64,000 nt of DNA, taken from assembly GCA_951406725.2 (NCBI GenBank), contig OX597815.1:65782001-65846000 (forward strand), in the 5' to 3' direction. Within the stretch, counting starts at the first letter, position 1. Every line of letters starts with the position of its first letter. Of this stretch, positions 25,158-40,499 are shown piece by piece. The notes beneath the pieces were generated by a model that searched no databases, was not told the DNA's origin, and was given only the letters and a program-made list of their open reading frames with translations. Origin of the DNA: Octopus vulgaris. Lineage: Eukaryota. The position numbers and the translations under genes were made by a program.

Positions 25158-26244
25158 CCACAATCCACCTTGACCCAGAAAGGCTATGATCAAAGGTGTT
25201 TCATGGCAAATCTACCACCCCGCCTCCCTCCCCCGTTTATGTCGGCCGAACCACACTATCTAATATGGTTGTCACATTTTATAAACAAAAAGCCTTAGTG
25301 TTATTTCTTATTCGAGCCACCTGCTAGAAATACCAGTCAGCAGTCAAATCCTTGTTCTTACGTAAGTTAATACCATTTGCCAGTAAAATGACAAAAATGG
25401 TCCGATATCGAAAGAATTCTTTCCGACATTTAGTTATGTTGCCATAAATTCTTTGTGCAAATCCCCTAGAGCCAATTTTTTTTTTTTTGAGACCAAGGGA
25501 CAGAAATCAAGTACTGACAATGTACTGTGGGTGAAACTGATTTCTCAGATATCTCTCTTATACAATTCCTGGTCATTTAGCAATCATAGTTGTTATTTCT
25601 TTCCTGTTGGAAAGAAATAACAACTATATTTGGTATTTCGAGTCCCATATTTTCGATATTAAACCAAGAATTTTAAAAAGGTAATGAGTGCTTAAATGAT
25701 CTTCGTATTTACCTGATTCTATAAAACATCAATAGAACTTTATTTGAAGATATAAAGCGGGTGATAGAGATGAAAGGAAACCTGATTTTCTAAAGTTAGA
25801 TTAATAATTTAATTGTGAGTCGGTTCCTGTAGAGAAGTAGGTAGAAAATCCCGAAGAATAATCAACGAGGTTTTGAAAATAATCTTATTAAAATTCATAT
25901 TGGAGATAAACAAAGGTAGTATTTGAAAAATAAATGGTTGTTCGTCTGTGTCGACGATGAGAATTCGATTGTTTAATCAACTGAATTACTTGTTCATTGT
26001 ATTCTCATTTACGTGGCAGTGTATTCCACAAACACGTGTAATTCTCAGGCAGAATCGGCGAGGCATTGCATGTGACAAGGCTGTAGTTTTCGTATTACAA
26101 TTACAGTCCATCGGACGGGCTTCTGCATAGTTTTCATGTGTACATTTAATAGGAAAAGAATGTCCTAAATATTCAAATTGATTTCGAAGAAGCGACAGTA
26201 ATAACAAAAAAAAAAAACAGTAGAGTAGCAAATATTACTCAGTT

Positions 26245-26344
26245 NNNNNNNNNNNNNNNNNNNNNNNNNNNNNNNNNNNNNNNNNNNNNNNNNNNNNNNN
26301 NNNNNNNNNNNNNNNNNNNNNNNNNNNNNNNNNNNNNNNNNNNN
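26245..26344. other. Assembly gap (100 N)
   Basis: Run of N. Confidence 1.
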
Positions 26345-27114
26345 AGTGGTGGTGATAATAATGATGGTGGTGGTGGTTGTGGTGATGGTGATGGTGGTGG
26401 GGATGGTGGTCTTCATGTTGGTGGTGGTGTTCGTGGTGTAGATAGTGTTGGTGACGACGGGGATTTTTCTACTGAAGATGTGTCCTATGTGTGTGTTTTT
26501 AGGAGCCTAACCGTTCGTTCGTGTGCACTTAGAAACGTTTCTTATCGCATCCGACCAGATTTCTAAAAATAAACTGCCATATTTGTACAATTCCAATTCA
26601 CCGCTTAATAAATAACATTTAGTGCGCCCCCTGTTATTTTAGGTTTTTAGACCGTCTGGATGGTGGGGGGGGGGAAGCACAAGCTGTAACTAAATCGTCA
26701 TCAAACGACAAACGCCTCCACTCTCATCATTACCATCGTCGTCGTCATCATGATTATCGTCATCATCAACATCATCATCACAAATATCCCTAGCACCACT
26801 ATAAAAACGACAGCGGCATTATTACCGTCATCATCATCACTATCACAACCATCACAATCATCACAACCTCCACCATCACCACCTCTACCGTCATCACAAC
26901 CACCACCACCATCACCATAATGACCGACTACTATCACGTAAACTCCAACATCACCACTGCAATCATCAACATATTACTATTATTATTAGTTAGAAGGAGA
27001 TAAAGTGAATTAGAGCAACGTAAAATGAAGTGTTTTGCTCAAGAACACAATGCACCGCCTGGGTCGGAATTTGAAACAAGATGCGGTTAGACTTCTCGTG
27101 GTATGAGCGCAGTG

Positions 27115-27640
27115 AAGGTGCATAACTCAGTGGGTAGAGCGTCAGGCTCACATTCATGAGATTATGAGTTCGATTCCAGGACCGAGCTGTGATTTGTGCT
27201 CTTGAGCAAGACACTTTATTTCACGTTGCTCCAGTTCACTCAGCTGTAGAAATGAGTTGCTGTGTCACTGGTGCCAAGATGTATCGGCAAGCTGGCAGAA
27301 ACGTCAGCACGCCGGGCGGAATGCCTAACGGCATTTTGTCTGCCGCTACGTTCTGAGTTCAAATTCCGCCGAGGTCGACTTTGCCTTTCATCCTTTCGGG
27401 GTCAATAAATTAAGTACCAGTTACGCACTGGGGTCGATGTAATCAACTTAATCCCTTTGCCTGTCCTTGTTCGTCCCCTCTATGTTTAGCTCCTTGTGTA
27501 TCGGTATCGGTGGCGTGGAGAGGGGAGCCTGGTATGCATGGGCGACTGCTGATCTTCCATAAACAAACTTGCTCGGACTTGTGCTTCGGAGAGTAACTCT
27601 CTAGGTGCAATTCCATGAATATTCATGACCGAAGGGGGTC
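27115..27640 (+). mobile_element. tRNA-headed SINE (family C) interrupted by a family A SINE (about 27288-27497); inverted partial family C copy at about 26997-27085
   Basis: A box TAACTCAGTGG, B box GAGTTCGATTCC, body 'ttgagcaagacactttatttcacgttgctccagttcactcagctg'. 'tgtatcgg' occurs on both sides of the nested SINE. Confidence 0.75.
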
Positions 27641-28265
27641 TTTATGAGCACAAGACCAAAGAGATTTATGAACACATCCCACCCATATCTATTTTGTAGC
27701 TCAAGGCAAAGTAAGCTTTAGTGGCTACTGTTATCGTGATGAACAACTCGGCCATATCAGATATATTTTGGAGACTTCAGCAATCTAATAGATAATGAAG
27801 ACCACCCAACTACATTGATGTAATTGGCAGATACACATATAGCATAATGTGGAAGATATATCAAAGCTACTGGGGACAGAGATTTCTGTCGCAGGTTTGG
27901 AAAATGTATCTCGACTGCGGTCATTTGTAGAACAATAAATGAATTCTTAGCTATTATTATTTTCCAATGTATGTTCATGACATTTTTCGACTCCAACTTA
28001 AGCCACCTTTTACGGTGTTTACGCATAAAAAAAAAACTGAACATCGCAACTTTTCAATTTTAAGAAAACGTTATGGCTTCATACATTGTCATTAAACGTA
28101 GGCGTAGTCATGGCTTTGTGGTTAAGAAGCGCGCTTTCAATCACGTGGTTTCAGGTTCAGTCCAACTGTGCAGCACCTTTTGTTTTGTGTCTTCTACTAT
28201 GACCCCGTACCGACCAATGCTTTGTAAGTGAATTTGGTAGGTGGAAACTGTGTTGAAGCCCGTCG

Positions 28266-28316
<51 letters not shown>

Positions 28317-28473
28317 CTGTGTGTGTATGTATGTATTATTTACGTCATAATAATATATAAACCTCGAGAGGACGTGAAATAATTCGTTTATTTTTTGTGA
28401 GGCGTTAATGGTTGAACTCGAAGAGGAAAACTATCTACTTCGAGTTCAACTGTTAAAAAACGTATTACATATA

Positions 28474-29289
28474 CAGGGTGCGATAGGTAAATTGTCGCCA
28501 TTTTATATTTTTAGTTTCACGCATGTCCATTGTTTGCTTTTAATTTTCACGACTACACAGTATAGTAGGGTCAGTTGGGCACCGTCTGTGAGAAAACCAG
28601 CACCAAGATGCAATTCACTCTACCAGAGATTTGGAAACGACTTGCTGTACTACTTGACATTTGCGCCGAAAGTGATAAAAATCAAGCATTCAGTCAACAT
28701 CATGGTGTTTGGAGTGATCACTAGTGATGGCGACATTATGCATCCATTCATCTTCCCACACGGCCTAAGACTCAACACGGAGGCCTACCTCAAGTGCCTG
28801 AAGGAGGTAGTGCAGACACGGGTGAAGAGGGCGGCTGCTGGAAGACCCTATGTCTGGCAACAGGACTCTGCAGCATGCCAAACTAGCAGGAGAACCCAGT
28901 CATGGCCGTCAGACAATTTCTGCGACCACATCACCCCAAACATCTGGCCACCTAACTCCCCAAACTGCAACCCTCTTGATTATTATGTGTGGGGGGGCAG
29001 TTGAGCGAGAGACCAGCAAAACTCCTTGTAACATCAAAGATGTACTGAAAGCAAGGATTATGGCAGCATTCACCAGCTTAAACAAGGGGACCGTCCAAAA
29101 GAGTTGCAGGAGATTCCAAAGCCGTCTGGAGACCGTAGTTGAAGTCAATGATGATTTTATTGAATGAATTTGGTCTTTAGTGTCTCAAGATATTTTAATG
29201 TAATTTTAGTAAATATATCTGTTAAACTGAGATGTCAGTGTTATTTTCATTTTTGTGTATTTAGATGACAGTTTATTCATCGCACCCTG
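28474..29289 (+). mobile_element. Internally deleted DD37D (maT-type) transposon
   Basis: TA-flanked TIRs CAGGGTGCGAT../..ATCGCACCCTG. WQQDSA...WPPNSPNCNPLDYYVWG has 37 residues between the two Asp. Confidence 0.9.
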
Positions 29290-29296
29290 TATATAC

Positions 29297-29368
<72 letters not shown>

Positions 29369-30659
29369 CTGAGTGAGTGTGTGTGTATGTGTGTGTGTGT
29401 GTGTGTCTTTGTATTTGTGTCAGTCCCCCATTGCCTCACAACCGGTGTTGGCTTGGTTACGTCTGCGTTATCTAGAGGTTTGGCAAACGAGACCCATTGA
29501 TAAGTACCAGACTCGAGAGAAGAATAAACTAAGCACCGTCGACGATTTGTTCGACTAAACCTTTCAAGGTGGTGCCCCAGCATGGCCGAAGTTCAGTGAA
29601 TGAAACATGTAAAGTTTACACATTTCAGTCACTGAATTTCGGCCATATATAAGATTTTTAGTAAAATCTTATAAATCCACGTCTATAGACATTTCGGATA
29701 TGATAATGTACAGAAAGTAGCTTGTATCTTATGTCCCATTGGTCACATGCATCACGTGATTTCGGTTACTTGAATAGTGCATATTCTGTTTCTTCCACAT
29801 TTTGTTCTTTATGTAATTCAGGCCTCCTATAATGTGTATGATATGTTCCACAAAAACTAAATGATATTTATTCAATACGTAGGTAGTTGTATTTAGGTCG
29901 TCGTTGGAAATAGGTCATGATGTTATAGTTCTCACATTGAGGCAATGACTTTTATTTTATGGTTCAGCTGCTAGGTTTCAATCATCTTTTAATGTTATAC
30001 CGAATTTCGTGGGAGACATCGATGTTTCGGTGTCTTTCAGTATTGTTCCATTGATACACGTTAAGGTTATTACAATACGAGAATAAAATTACTATGATAT
30101 ATATTTATACATGGGGATAGTCATATTTTGTCAATTCAACTCACACACTATATATTTGGTCTTCACTCAGCTTTATTATCATATTAGTTTCTTTGTCAAA
30201 GTTGTTTCGTCACACATCCTGGGATATCTTCAACGATTGTCTGTCCTATGTGTTTCTTCTTGTTCTGCTTAATTCAGTTTGTCTTTCTGTGGTATGTATC
30301 TTTACCTGTACATGCGTTTGTATCTGAATCTGTGCATGCTTGTGTGTGTGTGTGTGAGTGTGTGTCTGTGTGTGTGTTTGCGTGTCTGAGAGAAAGTGTG
30401 TGTATGTGTGTGTCGTGTGTTTGTGTGTGTGCGCGTATGTCTGTGGTTAGTGTGTATTTTGTGTGTGTGTACAGGGGTTTTCTTACAGCATTATTTATTT
30501 ACTTATTTTTTTTCTTTCTCGTTCTGTCTTTAGTATATTTATGTGTGTCGTGTGTGTGTATATATGTGGATTTGTGCATTATACTGTTCGTGCTTTTCCC
30601 CTTTTCATTGTACCTCTATTTATCAGGCTACGTAAACGTAACTTATTAATATATTTATC

Positions 30660-30861
30660 TTCTCTTACTTCTTTCACTCATTAGACCGCGGACATGCTGG
30701 AGCATCACCTCTTCAGATTTTAGTCGAACGAAGTGACCCCAGTATTCATTTTTAAAACCTGATATTTATTCTATCGGTCTTTTTGCCGAACCGCTATGTT
30801 ACGGGGACGTAAGCACACCGACACCGGTAGTCAAGCAGGGATGGGAGACAAACAGACACAA

Positions 30862-30893
<32 letters not shown>

Positions 30894-31130
30894 TTATATT
30901 CCAGCATGGCCACATTCATTGCGCTGAAACGTATTAAAAAATAAAAGAATATATATTTATATATACGATGGGCTTCTTTCAGTTAACATCTACCAAATCC
31001 ACTCACAACGCTTTGATCAATCCGAGGCTATAGAAGGAAACTCTTGCCCACGATGCTGTACGGTGTGACTGAACCCTGAACCATATGGCTAGGAAAAAAA
31101 CTTATTACCATACAGCCGCAGCTGCGCCTC
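30660..31130 (-). mobile_element. SINE family B (decayed)
   Basis: Homologous to the other family B copies. Confidence 0.7.
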
Positions 31131-31147
31131 CATGTAGCTTATAAATC

Positions 31148-31188
<41 letters not shown>

Positions 31189-31467
31189 ATATACATAAAT
31201 ATTGGACAATAAGAATGAGTGCTCAACAACACATTGGCGGATAAAGATTCTTTATTTGTGTCTTAAGTCTACCTTTGGTTTCATGTCAAGCAATACCTCA
31301 AAAATTACCAAAGCTATAACCGAGAACATCGGTTCTCGCCTCCATTTTGGATAAAACTAATGGTAGCCTTAGACACAAATCAATACACACACACACGTAC
31401 ACACACGCATACATATTGTATATATACATGTATGTGCGTATATTTAATACGATATATAATAATAATG

Positions 31468-31596
<129 letters not shown>

Positions 31597-32202
31597 TTCC
31601 TAAGAAGGAATATATTCACAGACATGACAGAGTTGGAACCTACATACATTGGAAGCTATGCCAACATTATGGAATAACAACAGAAAAAAGATGGTATAGG
31701 CACACACCAGAAAAGGTCACAGAAAACGAGAAAGCAACCAAACTCTGGGATATGCCGATACACACAGATAGAGAAATTAAGGCCAACAGACCAGATATAG
31801 TTGTCAGAGATCATGAAGGAAAAAAATGCTTTCTAATTGATGTATCAATACCGGCTGATGACAACGTGTCTCTAAAAGATATGGAGAAACTCTCAAAATA
31901 CAAAGACCTGGAAATAGAGGTAACTAGAATGTGGAATCTGAAAACAGAGACAATTCCTATCATAGTAGGTGCATTAGGCATGATAAAAAATATTCAGACA
32001 AATACATAACAAATACACCAGGACTTACAAACACATATAACATACAGAAAATTGCACTACTAGGCACTGCACACATCCTACGCAGAACACTTTCCATACA
32101 ATAACCATCAGAGCATCACAACAAATCACAGCACATACCCAAGGCACACAGAGCTGCGCTCGGTAGTGAAGTGAAAGCACGCTATAAAAATAAAACTACT
32201 GA
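31597..32202 (+). mobile_element. 3' end of an R4/Dong-type non-LTR retrotransposon (restriction-like endonuclease) inserted in (TAA)n
   Basis: RHDRV..IHW, WD..I.TDR....RPDIV, LIDVSIP, EK.SKY.DL, IPIIVGALG. Flanked on both sides by long (TAA)n, the known Dong target. Confidence 0.9.
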
Positions 32203-32219
32203 ATAATAATAATAATTAA

Positions 32220-32286
<67 letters not shown>

Positions 32287-32315
32287 TGCGTGTGTATGTG
32301 TGTGTGTGTGTGTGT

Positions 32316-32485
32316 GTTATAGATTAGAACAAACAGTAGACGGTTGTCATTGTAGTACTCGGAGTTTCAAATGCCGGAGCGAAGAGCTACGATGCATTCT
32401 CGTCGGCTATTAATGGTTATTAATCGGCTTTTGAAACTCCGAGTACTATAATGACAACCTTTTACTGTTTGTTCTAATTTGTAAC
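32316..32485. repeat. Short foldback (arms about 32316-32376 and 32425-32485) containing a hammerhead variant on the minus strand (32353-32410)
   Basis: Minus ATAG-CCGACGA-GAATGC...GCATTT-GAAAC-TCCGA-GTA-CTA. Confidence 0.75.
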
Positions 32486-32554
32486 ATATATAAATAGCCC
32501 TCTATTTCTCTAATATCGCGGTCTCATTCTTTTGTTGTTACATTTAATTATCAA

Positions 32555-32655
<101 letters not shown>

Positions 32656-32949
32656 GTAATAATAATAATAATAATAATATCATTATGGCCGCACTCAAAT
32701 GAGTGAAACTAATAAAAGAATATATATTTATATATATATACATTCTTTTTGTATAATCACTTCCATGTAAACAGATTCATCTTACTGAAAATAAAAGGCG
32801 TATTGTGCATAAAAGCAGGTGAAACGCTGCAAGCAAATTAGACGGCCTAAAATAAGTGCAAACAAATGTAACGTGAATTTTAACTATTGAACACCTTGGT
32901 ATGTTACTAATTCCATTTTCCAGTTGTGCTAGAGTAATCCTTTTTACTA

Positions 32950-33140
32950 TGGTACAAGTCCTGAAATTTGAGGAAGCGGGATAATCGATTACATCGACCT
33001 CAGTACTCAGGTGGTACATATCTTATCAACTCCGAAAGGATGAAAGTAAAATCGACCAAGGCAGAATTTGAACTCAGAACGTAGCGGCAGACGAAATACC
33101 ACTAAGCATTTCGACTGGCGTGTTAATGATTCTGCTGCCT
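32950..33140 (-). mobile_element. SINE family A (decayed)
   Basis: 'gaatttgaactcagaacgtagcggcagacgaaatacc' core. Confidence 0.75.
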
Positions 33141-34699
33141 TCAGTTGTACTAGAATAATGATGTGGGATTTTGTTCGGTTTATTTCTTATAGAGAATGCA
33201 GTGTTTGTTCTTAAACGTATTTCCCGTGAACCCGACGAATTTTTTTTTTTTTTCAGATACTTTTCAAAGAATGGACAAGATAGTTTGATTTGTCTTCTGA
33301 ATGGAAGAGTGCTGCTTTTCCTTCGAGTTAAGGGAGTCGATGTTTCTATGGAACTACGCACTTTAAACACTGGTTTTACTGACATTTTGTAGTATCTGAG
33401 TTTCATAGGAAAGGAGTTTTTGTAATCGACTCTTGGGTATTTCTTTTAATAAATGTAAGATAAAACATAGGTTTAGCGGATAGTTTTTCTTCCTGTTGTT
33501 ATCTTTTAGCCCTAAATCAAGCTTAGATGACCAAACGTATGTTCAAAGGTATTCCAACCATGACTATCACAACCCTTCTCGGGTTTTGCATATCTAATAC
33601 TATATTATTCAATGTTTTCCTACCTATTCTCAACGCCCGTGTGCAAATTGGACGAAATGTAGTAGTTATTAAAATTTCCTGTTAATTTATGTTCCAAATG
33701 CCAGATTAATAATAACAAAGTTATTTAGTACATACTTCATTAATTTCAAAATTACTTGAAACACGGGTGCTTAAAACCTTCCGTCAAAATTTCGCGTTAA
33801 TTTCTGTTCCAAACATCAGCTTAATAATAACAGCTATTTTACTAAATTCTTCGCTATTTTGAAAATTAATTGAAACAAAGACAGTGTATTTTAACGATAA
33901 CGGAAAGGTTAAGGGTTAATTTTAATCAAAGTTTTGAAAACTGATAGGCTGTTTTCTCTCGAATCCCTACGTGCCTATGTGCACAAAATTAAATTTTAAT
34001 GAAGAACGTTTTGTCGATAATACTGAATATTTTATTACAGTATATATGAACTTGAAAATATTAAGTTCATTTCAGCATGAATCTCTGAGAGTTTATAAAT
34101 GTGCATTCTGAGATAAAGCATGAATAACCTAACATTAAAGGTGGCCATTGCACAGATAATTCTCCATGTGACCCTTGTATTATTTATGTTTTCACACGCA
34201 CGTTCACTCATCCACCCAACTTCTCTCAACACATATAGACACAAGTTCACAAATGAACAACACGTGCACATATATTCACGTGTTTAAAAAAAATGCTTAA
34301 CCGTCACTCGCAAGCAGGTACGACCTTGTAGCTTGTACCACACTATCATTAATTGTTTGAAATGCCTGTGTAGTCGCGAGCTGACATAGACACCAACATG
34401 GTCATAGACTCAACGAAAGGCAGAGGATGTGACAGCTAGAGGTAGAGAGAACTACACCAGTAGTCAGCTGGTATACATTTTCAATAAGCTAGGAGCGAAT
34501 GAAATGATGCACTTTACTCAAGGACATAGAGGTTCCGCCTTGCACAGGAATCAAACCCACGTCCGCGTGATCGTGAGCCCAATACCATAACCATGAAGGC
34601 CACGCAGCTAGACATGAGAACTAGCATCAATCTTATAACAACGAGAAAAGAGTTGCCTTTGATTTCAGATCACAAGAATTATAATGTTGTTCCTTCTTT

Positions 34700-35780
34700 A
34701 CACATGACTTTTAAATTTAGTTTAAATCTGACCCATACCAGGCACTGCATGCTATGGGGATTCAAAAGGGGCTCATTAGCAATGGAAGTGCCAAAAAAAA
34801 ATTATTCATCCAGTCTATGGAACGATGGCTTGGCCAATTTCACTCGGGACTTTTTTTTCTCTCAGATTCCCCTCGATCTGGACGATTAAGTTCTATCCCT
34901 ACTGTGCTTCTGAAAACCGTGTTTTAGAAAAAATTCAGAGCAAACGGCACGAAAATTAGCAAAATGGTTTAATTCAAGACATACTTCGATCATAAAACTC
35001 CTTTATGAACTAGGAAAAGTGTTTAAACTTGGTCAGTGAGTCCCTCATTATCTGATTGCTTTTTAATTAAATAGTAGCTCTCTTCTCGTCACTAAAGAGT
35101 AGACTTGTCACCGAACCTTTACTGGGTAGAGTCATCACAAGTAATGAAAAGTGGGATGCTTTATAATCATATCCATCGAAAATGACAATATTTTGTACCT
35201 AATGAAGTAAGACTGTCCATCTCCGAACCAGGACTACACCTGAAAATGTTATGCTCTGTGTTTGATGAGATACGAAGAGTGTTGTCTGTCACGAAGCGTT
35301 GAACCAAATCGAAACAGTTAATGCGGAGAAATATTGTCATCAATTGCACAAAAGAAATTGCGGAAGAGCGCCCATCATTTGCCAGTCGTAAAGGGGAATT
35401 GTTCTTATAACATAATGCAATACCACAGATTGTGCAAGTCACTCAAGAAAAGACTATGGCACAGAATACGGAAGGTTTTGCCTCGTTTTCCTTATTCTCC
35501 TGATCTTTCTCCATCTCACTATCATCTTTTCAAACCATTGCAACATTATTTGGAGGGAAAACAGTGTATAATTGTCACAGGTTAAAAATGATACTGAACG
35601 TTTCTTTGTTTCCAAACCTGAAAAATTTTACGCCCTAGGTATCAACAATTTTCAAATAGATGGGATTATGTTATCAATAATGAAGGGAAATATTATCTTC
35701 ATTAAATATATCAGTTAAGATCAAAGATGCATTCGTTTCTTTCCCCTCTTGAAATGAGACAGGACTTTTTTTTTCAATCT
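34700..35780 (+). mobile_element. Highly decayed mariner transposon
   Basis: Remnants ITSNEKW (from VTGDEKW), HNAIP (from HDNA.PH), PYSPDLSPSHYHLF. Boundaries approximate. Confidence 0.75.
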
Positions 35781-36079
35781 AATGATTATATAATTTTTAC
35801 ATGGGTCAATGAGAGAATTACCAGATGCATTTATATTTTACCTGGTAATGGTTTGTTTATGTCCCCGTGACTTAGAAGTTCGGTAAAAGGAGACTGATAG
35901 AATAAGTACCAGGGTTCGATTTGTTCGACTAAACCCATCAAGGCAGTGTCTTAGCATGGCCGCAGTCCAACGTCTAAATAAGAGGTAGACTAAATAGAGG
36001 TAGACAGACAGACAGACAGATAGGTATTCGCTATGCTTGACCACTGAACTCAGCACTTATTTTTTTCATTCTAACTCTA

Positions 36080-36328
<249 letters not shown>

Positions 36329-36798
36329 TACACATAAAAATATGTGTATATTATGATGTACATAACTGAAAAGTATATGTATATATTTGACGCAGCTTCT
36401 GTACCCAAGTTGGTTAAAGATTAAACGTTTGATAGTGTCCTCTCTACTGGAACACGATAATAAGAAAACAACGTGTGTTCTGACGCCAAAACAGACAAGT
36501 TCTTCATAAAATCTATACTGGCTGACAGAGAAAAAGTATTTTAAAGTCTAGACAGAAGCAGACTTTCCTGTTCCCTCTCACATTTTTCTTTTTTCTTTTC
36601 TTTCTCTAATTCTTCCCATCTCTCTCTCTCTCACTTTCTCCTTCTCTCTCTCTATCTCTTTCTTTCACTTTCTCTCTTTATATTTTGTAAAACTATTCCA
36701 TCCTTCTTATTTCTCTGTATTTTTGTTAATGTGGCTTCCACCTATCCTCTTTCCCTCTTCTCTCTCTCTCTCTCTTTCGCTTTCCCTTTGCTGTCTGT

Positions 36799-36851
<53 letters not shown>

Positions 36852-37305
36852 TCTCAGTGCAATTTCCATTCGAGTAATTATACATATAAATTATGTACAA
36901 TATATTACATAAATAGTCCAAGAGACATGACTGGAATTAGTAGAAATAGTTAAATGTTATGGCCAGTGCCTGATTTAATCTATAGGGTTGGCAGACTAAA
37001 GTCTAGAGTTCCAAACTTCAGGAAGCCTCCGACAATTAGAGCATATGGCATTACATTTATTCCATGGTTTACAATTGTTGCAACAACGTGCAGGTGACCA
37101 ACCAAATATTATGTCAAAAGATATAGATGGTAACGACGATTTCGTCAGGTGTATTACGTAATGCATATCACATACTCTCCACCACCACCCTACCAGTCAT
37201 TTAATCATAACCGATCGAAGAAATACAATACATAAAACACATTTCTTATTGCGCTTAAATAGGAAAAGTTTTACATTGGATCAGATAGATAGCTAGCTAG
37301 CTAGC

Positions 37306-37401
<96 letters not shown>

Positions 37402-37500
37402 CAAACAGACAGACATACATACATACATACATACATACATACATACATACATACATACATACATACATACATACATACATACATACATACATACATACAT

Positions 37501-37880
37501 AGGCGTAGGAGTGGCTGTGTGGGTTCATTGTTCTGGGTTCAGTCCCACTGCGTGGCACCTCGGGCATGTGTCTTCTACTTTAGCCTCGGGCCAACCAAAG
37601 CCTTGTGATTGAATTTGTAGACGGAAACTGAAAGATGCCCGTCGTATATATGTATATATGTATATATGTATGTGTGTATATATGTTTGTCCCCCCAACAT
37701 TGCTTGACAACCGATGTGGTGTGTTTACGTCCCCCTAACTTAGCGGTTCGGCAAAAGAGATCGATAGAATAAGTACTAGGCTTACAAAAAATAAGTCCTG
37801 GGGTCGATTTGCTCGACTAAAGATGGTGCTCCAGCATGGCCACAGTCAAATGACTGAAGCAAGTAAAAGAGTAAAAGAGT
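37501..37880 (+). mobile_element. SINE family B
   Basis: ggagtggctgtgtgg, gggttcagtccc (B-box-like), conserved body, gtaaaaga tail repeats. Confidence 0.85.
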
Positions 37881-39210
37881 ATACTTACATACATGCACAT
37901 AAGCACACCGTTACATATAAACATTCACGCACATTTCCTAGCAGTTTCTCTTCAAATCCAACACGAGGACTGAGCCAAAGTAAATATATCGATGAATCTA
38001 TAATGATAAATAATCCTATGCATGAAAAAGGATGAAAATCGAAATAATGACATAAATATTCATTCTTAGTATCTTCCGTGACATTTGAACGTTGCATTCG
38101 TCTATAGTATACAACTTCTCGACCCAAATGAAATAAGGGGGTTTTGTAACACCGATGTATTTCGACCTGGTTGTGTCTATTTAGCTAAAGCTACACCCGG
38201 ATTAATGAATCTAAACAAGAATTGGGTCTCTTGTTTATAGAATTCAACTCATTCAATAAAGGAATGAACAGAAGAACATCGTAGATGCTGGATCAAGGAG
38301 AAAAACATTATGGATGTTGCATCAAGAAGAACAACGTAGTTGGTACTGCGAAAGCGTCTGTCTAGATGGCTTTGGTTCAAAGGAGATGACGGGTGGGGTC
38401 AGTAACATGTTGCTTGAACACCGGTCAAGGCTTGACGAACCTAGGATGAGACACCTAGGTGAGAGCGGGTATTGTATGACTCGAAACTACCAGTGACTCC
38501 TGGATACAGTACTGACGATTTATCCAAGTATTGCATCTATAGATTTATGTTGAACTAAAAGAAATGTATATTGTAGGCGACATTTCAAATTACATTTCAG
38601 GTGATTTCTTGCCAGAGGTAGATTGCGATTTCAGGGAAATTTGGTTGATATTTCTATCAAGGCGATCGAAAACGCAGAGGCTACCGATCGTTGATACATA
38701 CGAATATGATTATGTGTACGTAAGTGCGTATGCATACTAATGTATGCGTGCATGTTTGTGCACTTACATATGTGTATGTTTCTGCTTACATAGCTGCTTG
38801 TGTACTGGCGTATGACAGTGTGTCTTTGTGTGTGTCTGTGAGTGTTCGTATATATCTCATCATACGTATGTGTATGTTTACATAGGTATTTGCAAATGTG
38901 TGCATGTGTGTGTGTGTGTGTGTGAGTGTGTGTGTATGAATGCCGGATTGCGAGTGTGCCTGATTGTGTTTGCCCGTTTGTGTGTGTGTCTGCTAGTTTG
39001 TGTTTAAGTATATCTGCATATCTTTGTATGCGTGTGAGCGTGCGTGTGCGTGTGTGTGTGTGTATGTGTGTGCGTGCGCGCGAGTGCATCTAAAATGCCG
39101 ATTTCGTATGCCTGCCGTCAGACAGAAGATTGTTCGTCTTAAAGCAAGAAGTGACTGAATGTTTTGCTAGATAAAAGTCGACATTACAGCATGACATAGT
39201 GTGTGTGTGT

Positions 39211-39256
<46 letters not shown>

Positions 39257-39429
39257 TAGCGTGTGCAGCTAAACGGAGCTTTGCGAGACGACCCGGATAA
39301 CTTACTGCAAGAAAAGCCAGTTCACAAACACGTACGCGCACGAATATACATATACGCAAACACACACAAACACACATACACACAGACACCACGTGAACAA
39401 CGTGCACACACAAACATGTGCATGTGCGA

Positions 39430-39471
<42 letters not shown>

Positions 39472-39574
39472 GTGTCTGTGTGTGTAAATACATATACAAT
39501 ATATGAAGTACTTCTTTTGTTGATCTTTCTATCACGGAACAGTACTTAATATATGTAATGCATTTATAATGCAT

Positions 39575-39760
39575 AGCTGCGAGCCGGGTGAAATGCTTAG
39601 CGGTATTTCGTTTGTCTTTACGTTCTGAGTTCAAATTCCAACAAGGTCGACTTTCATCCTTTCGGGGTCGATAAATTAAGTACCAATTGTGGACTGGCGT
39701 CGATCTAATCGACTTGCGCCCTCCCCCAAAATTTCGGACGTTGTGCCTAGAGTAGAAATG
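39575..39760 (+). mobile_element. SINE family A
   Basis: 'cgttctgagttcaaattcc..aggtcgactttcatcctttcggggtcgataaattaagtacc'. Confidence 0.75.
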
Positions 39761-39821
39761 AATATATTTACAATGTACTGCTCCGTGATATATATTATAT
39801 GCATACATATGTGTATGTATA

Positions 39822-39881
<60 letters not shown>

Positions 39882-40016
39882 TATTAATCAGCCGAAATTA
39901 CTACGATGATCCGGTTCTTGACTGAAGACTGAGGGTTTCGAATGTCCTGTCCGTGTTTATTGTGTCGTCTTCTAAGAGTTATACGTTCTTGTCCATGTTG
40001 TATTTTTCTACATACC

Positions 40017-40095
<79 letters not shown>

Positions 40096-40280
40096 CGTAA
40101 GGTGTACTAGCCATCTGAATGTGGCTAGCCATCTGAATGTGGCTAGCCACTGGGGGTGGGGTGTTACTGATGCTTTTAGCCCCAGGCGATCAACGTCACC
40201 AGATGGACTTTAGACACTATCTCAGTGCCCTTGTGTTATTTGCAAAGGGAGGTCATCCTCCCTCGAAGACCTAAGTACTA

Positions 40281-40325
40281 CATACGGACTATAGTTTCAA
40301 GGTAATTGCCTCTCGTCAACGCATG
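40281..40325 (-). ncRNA. Minimal type I hammerhead with C3U change (probably decayed)
   Basis: CATGCG-TTGACGA-GAGGC-AATT-ACCTT-GAAAC-TATA-GTC^CGTATG. 6-bp stem I, palindromic ACTATAGT. Confidence 0.7.
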
Positions 40326-40440
40326 GTAAGCACCGGTCTTCGATGAAGGAGTCCCCTTGCAAATAATATATAACGTTTTTCACAGCAACCACAGCAATCA
40401 CATACTTTATTAAACCACCACATAAGAAACTTTAAGGTCA

Positions 40441-40499
<59 letters not shown>

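Noticed and set aside
27115-27190. tRNA gene
   Set aside because: Has A and B boxes, but the acceptor stem does not close and it runs into a SINE body, so it is a SINE head.
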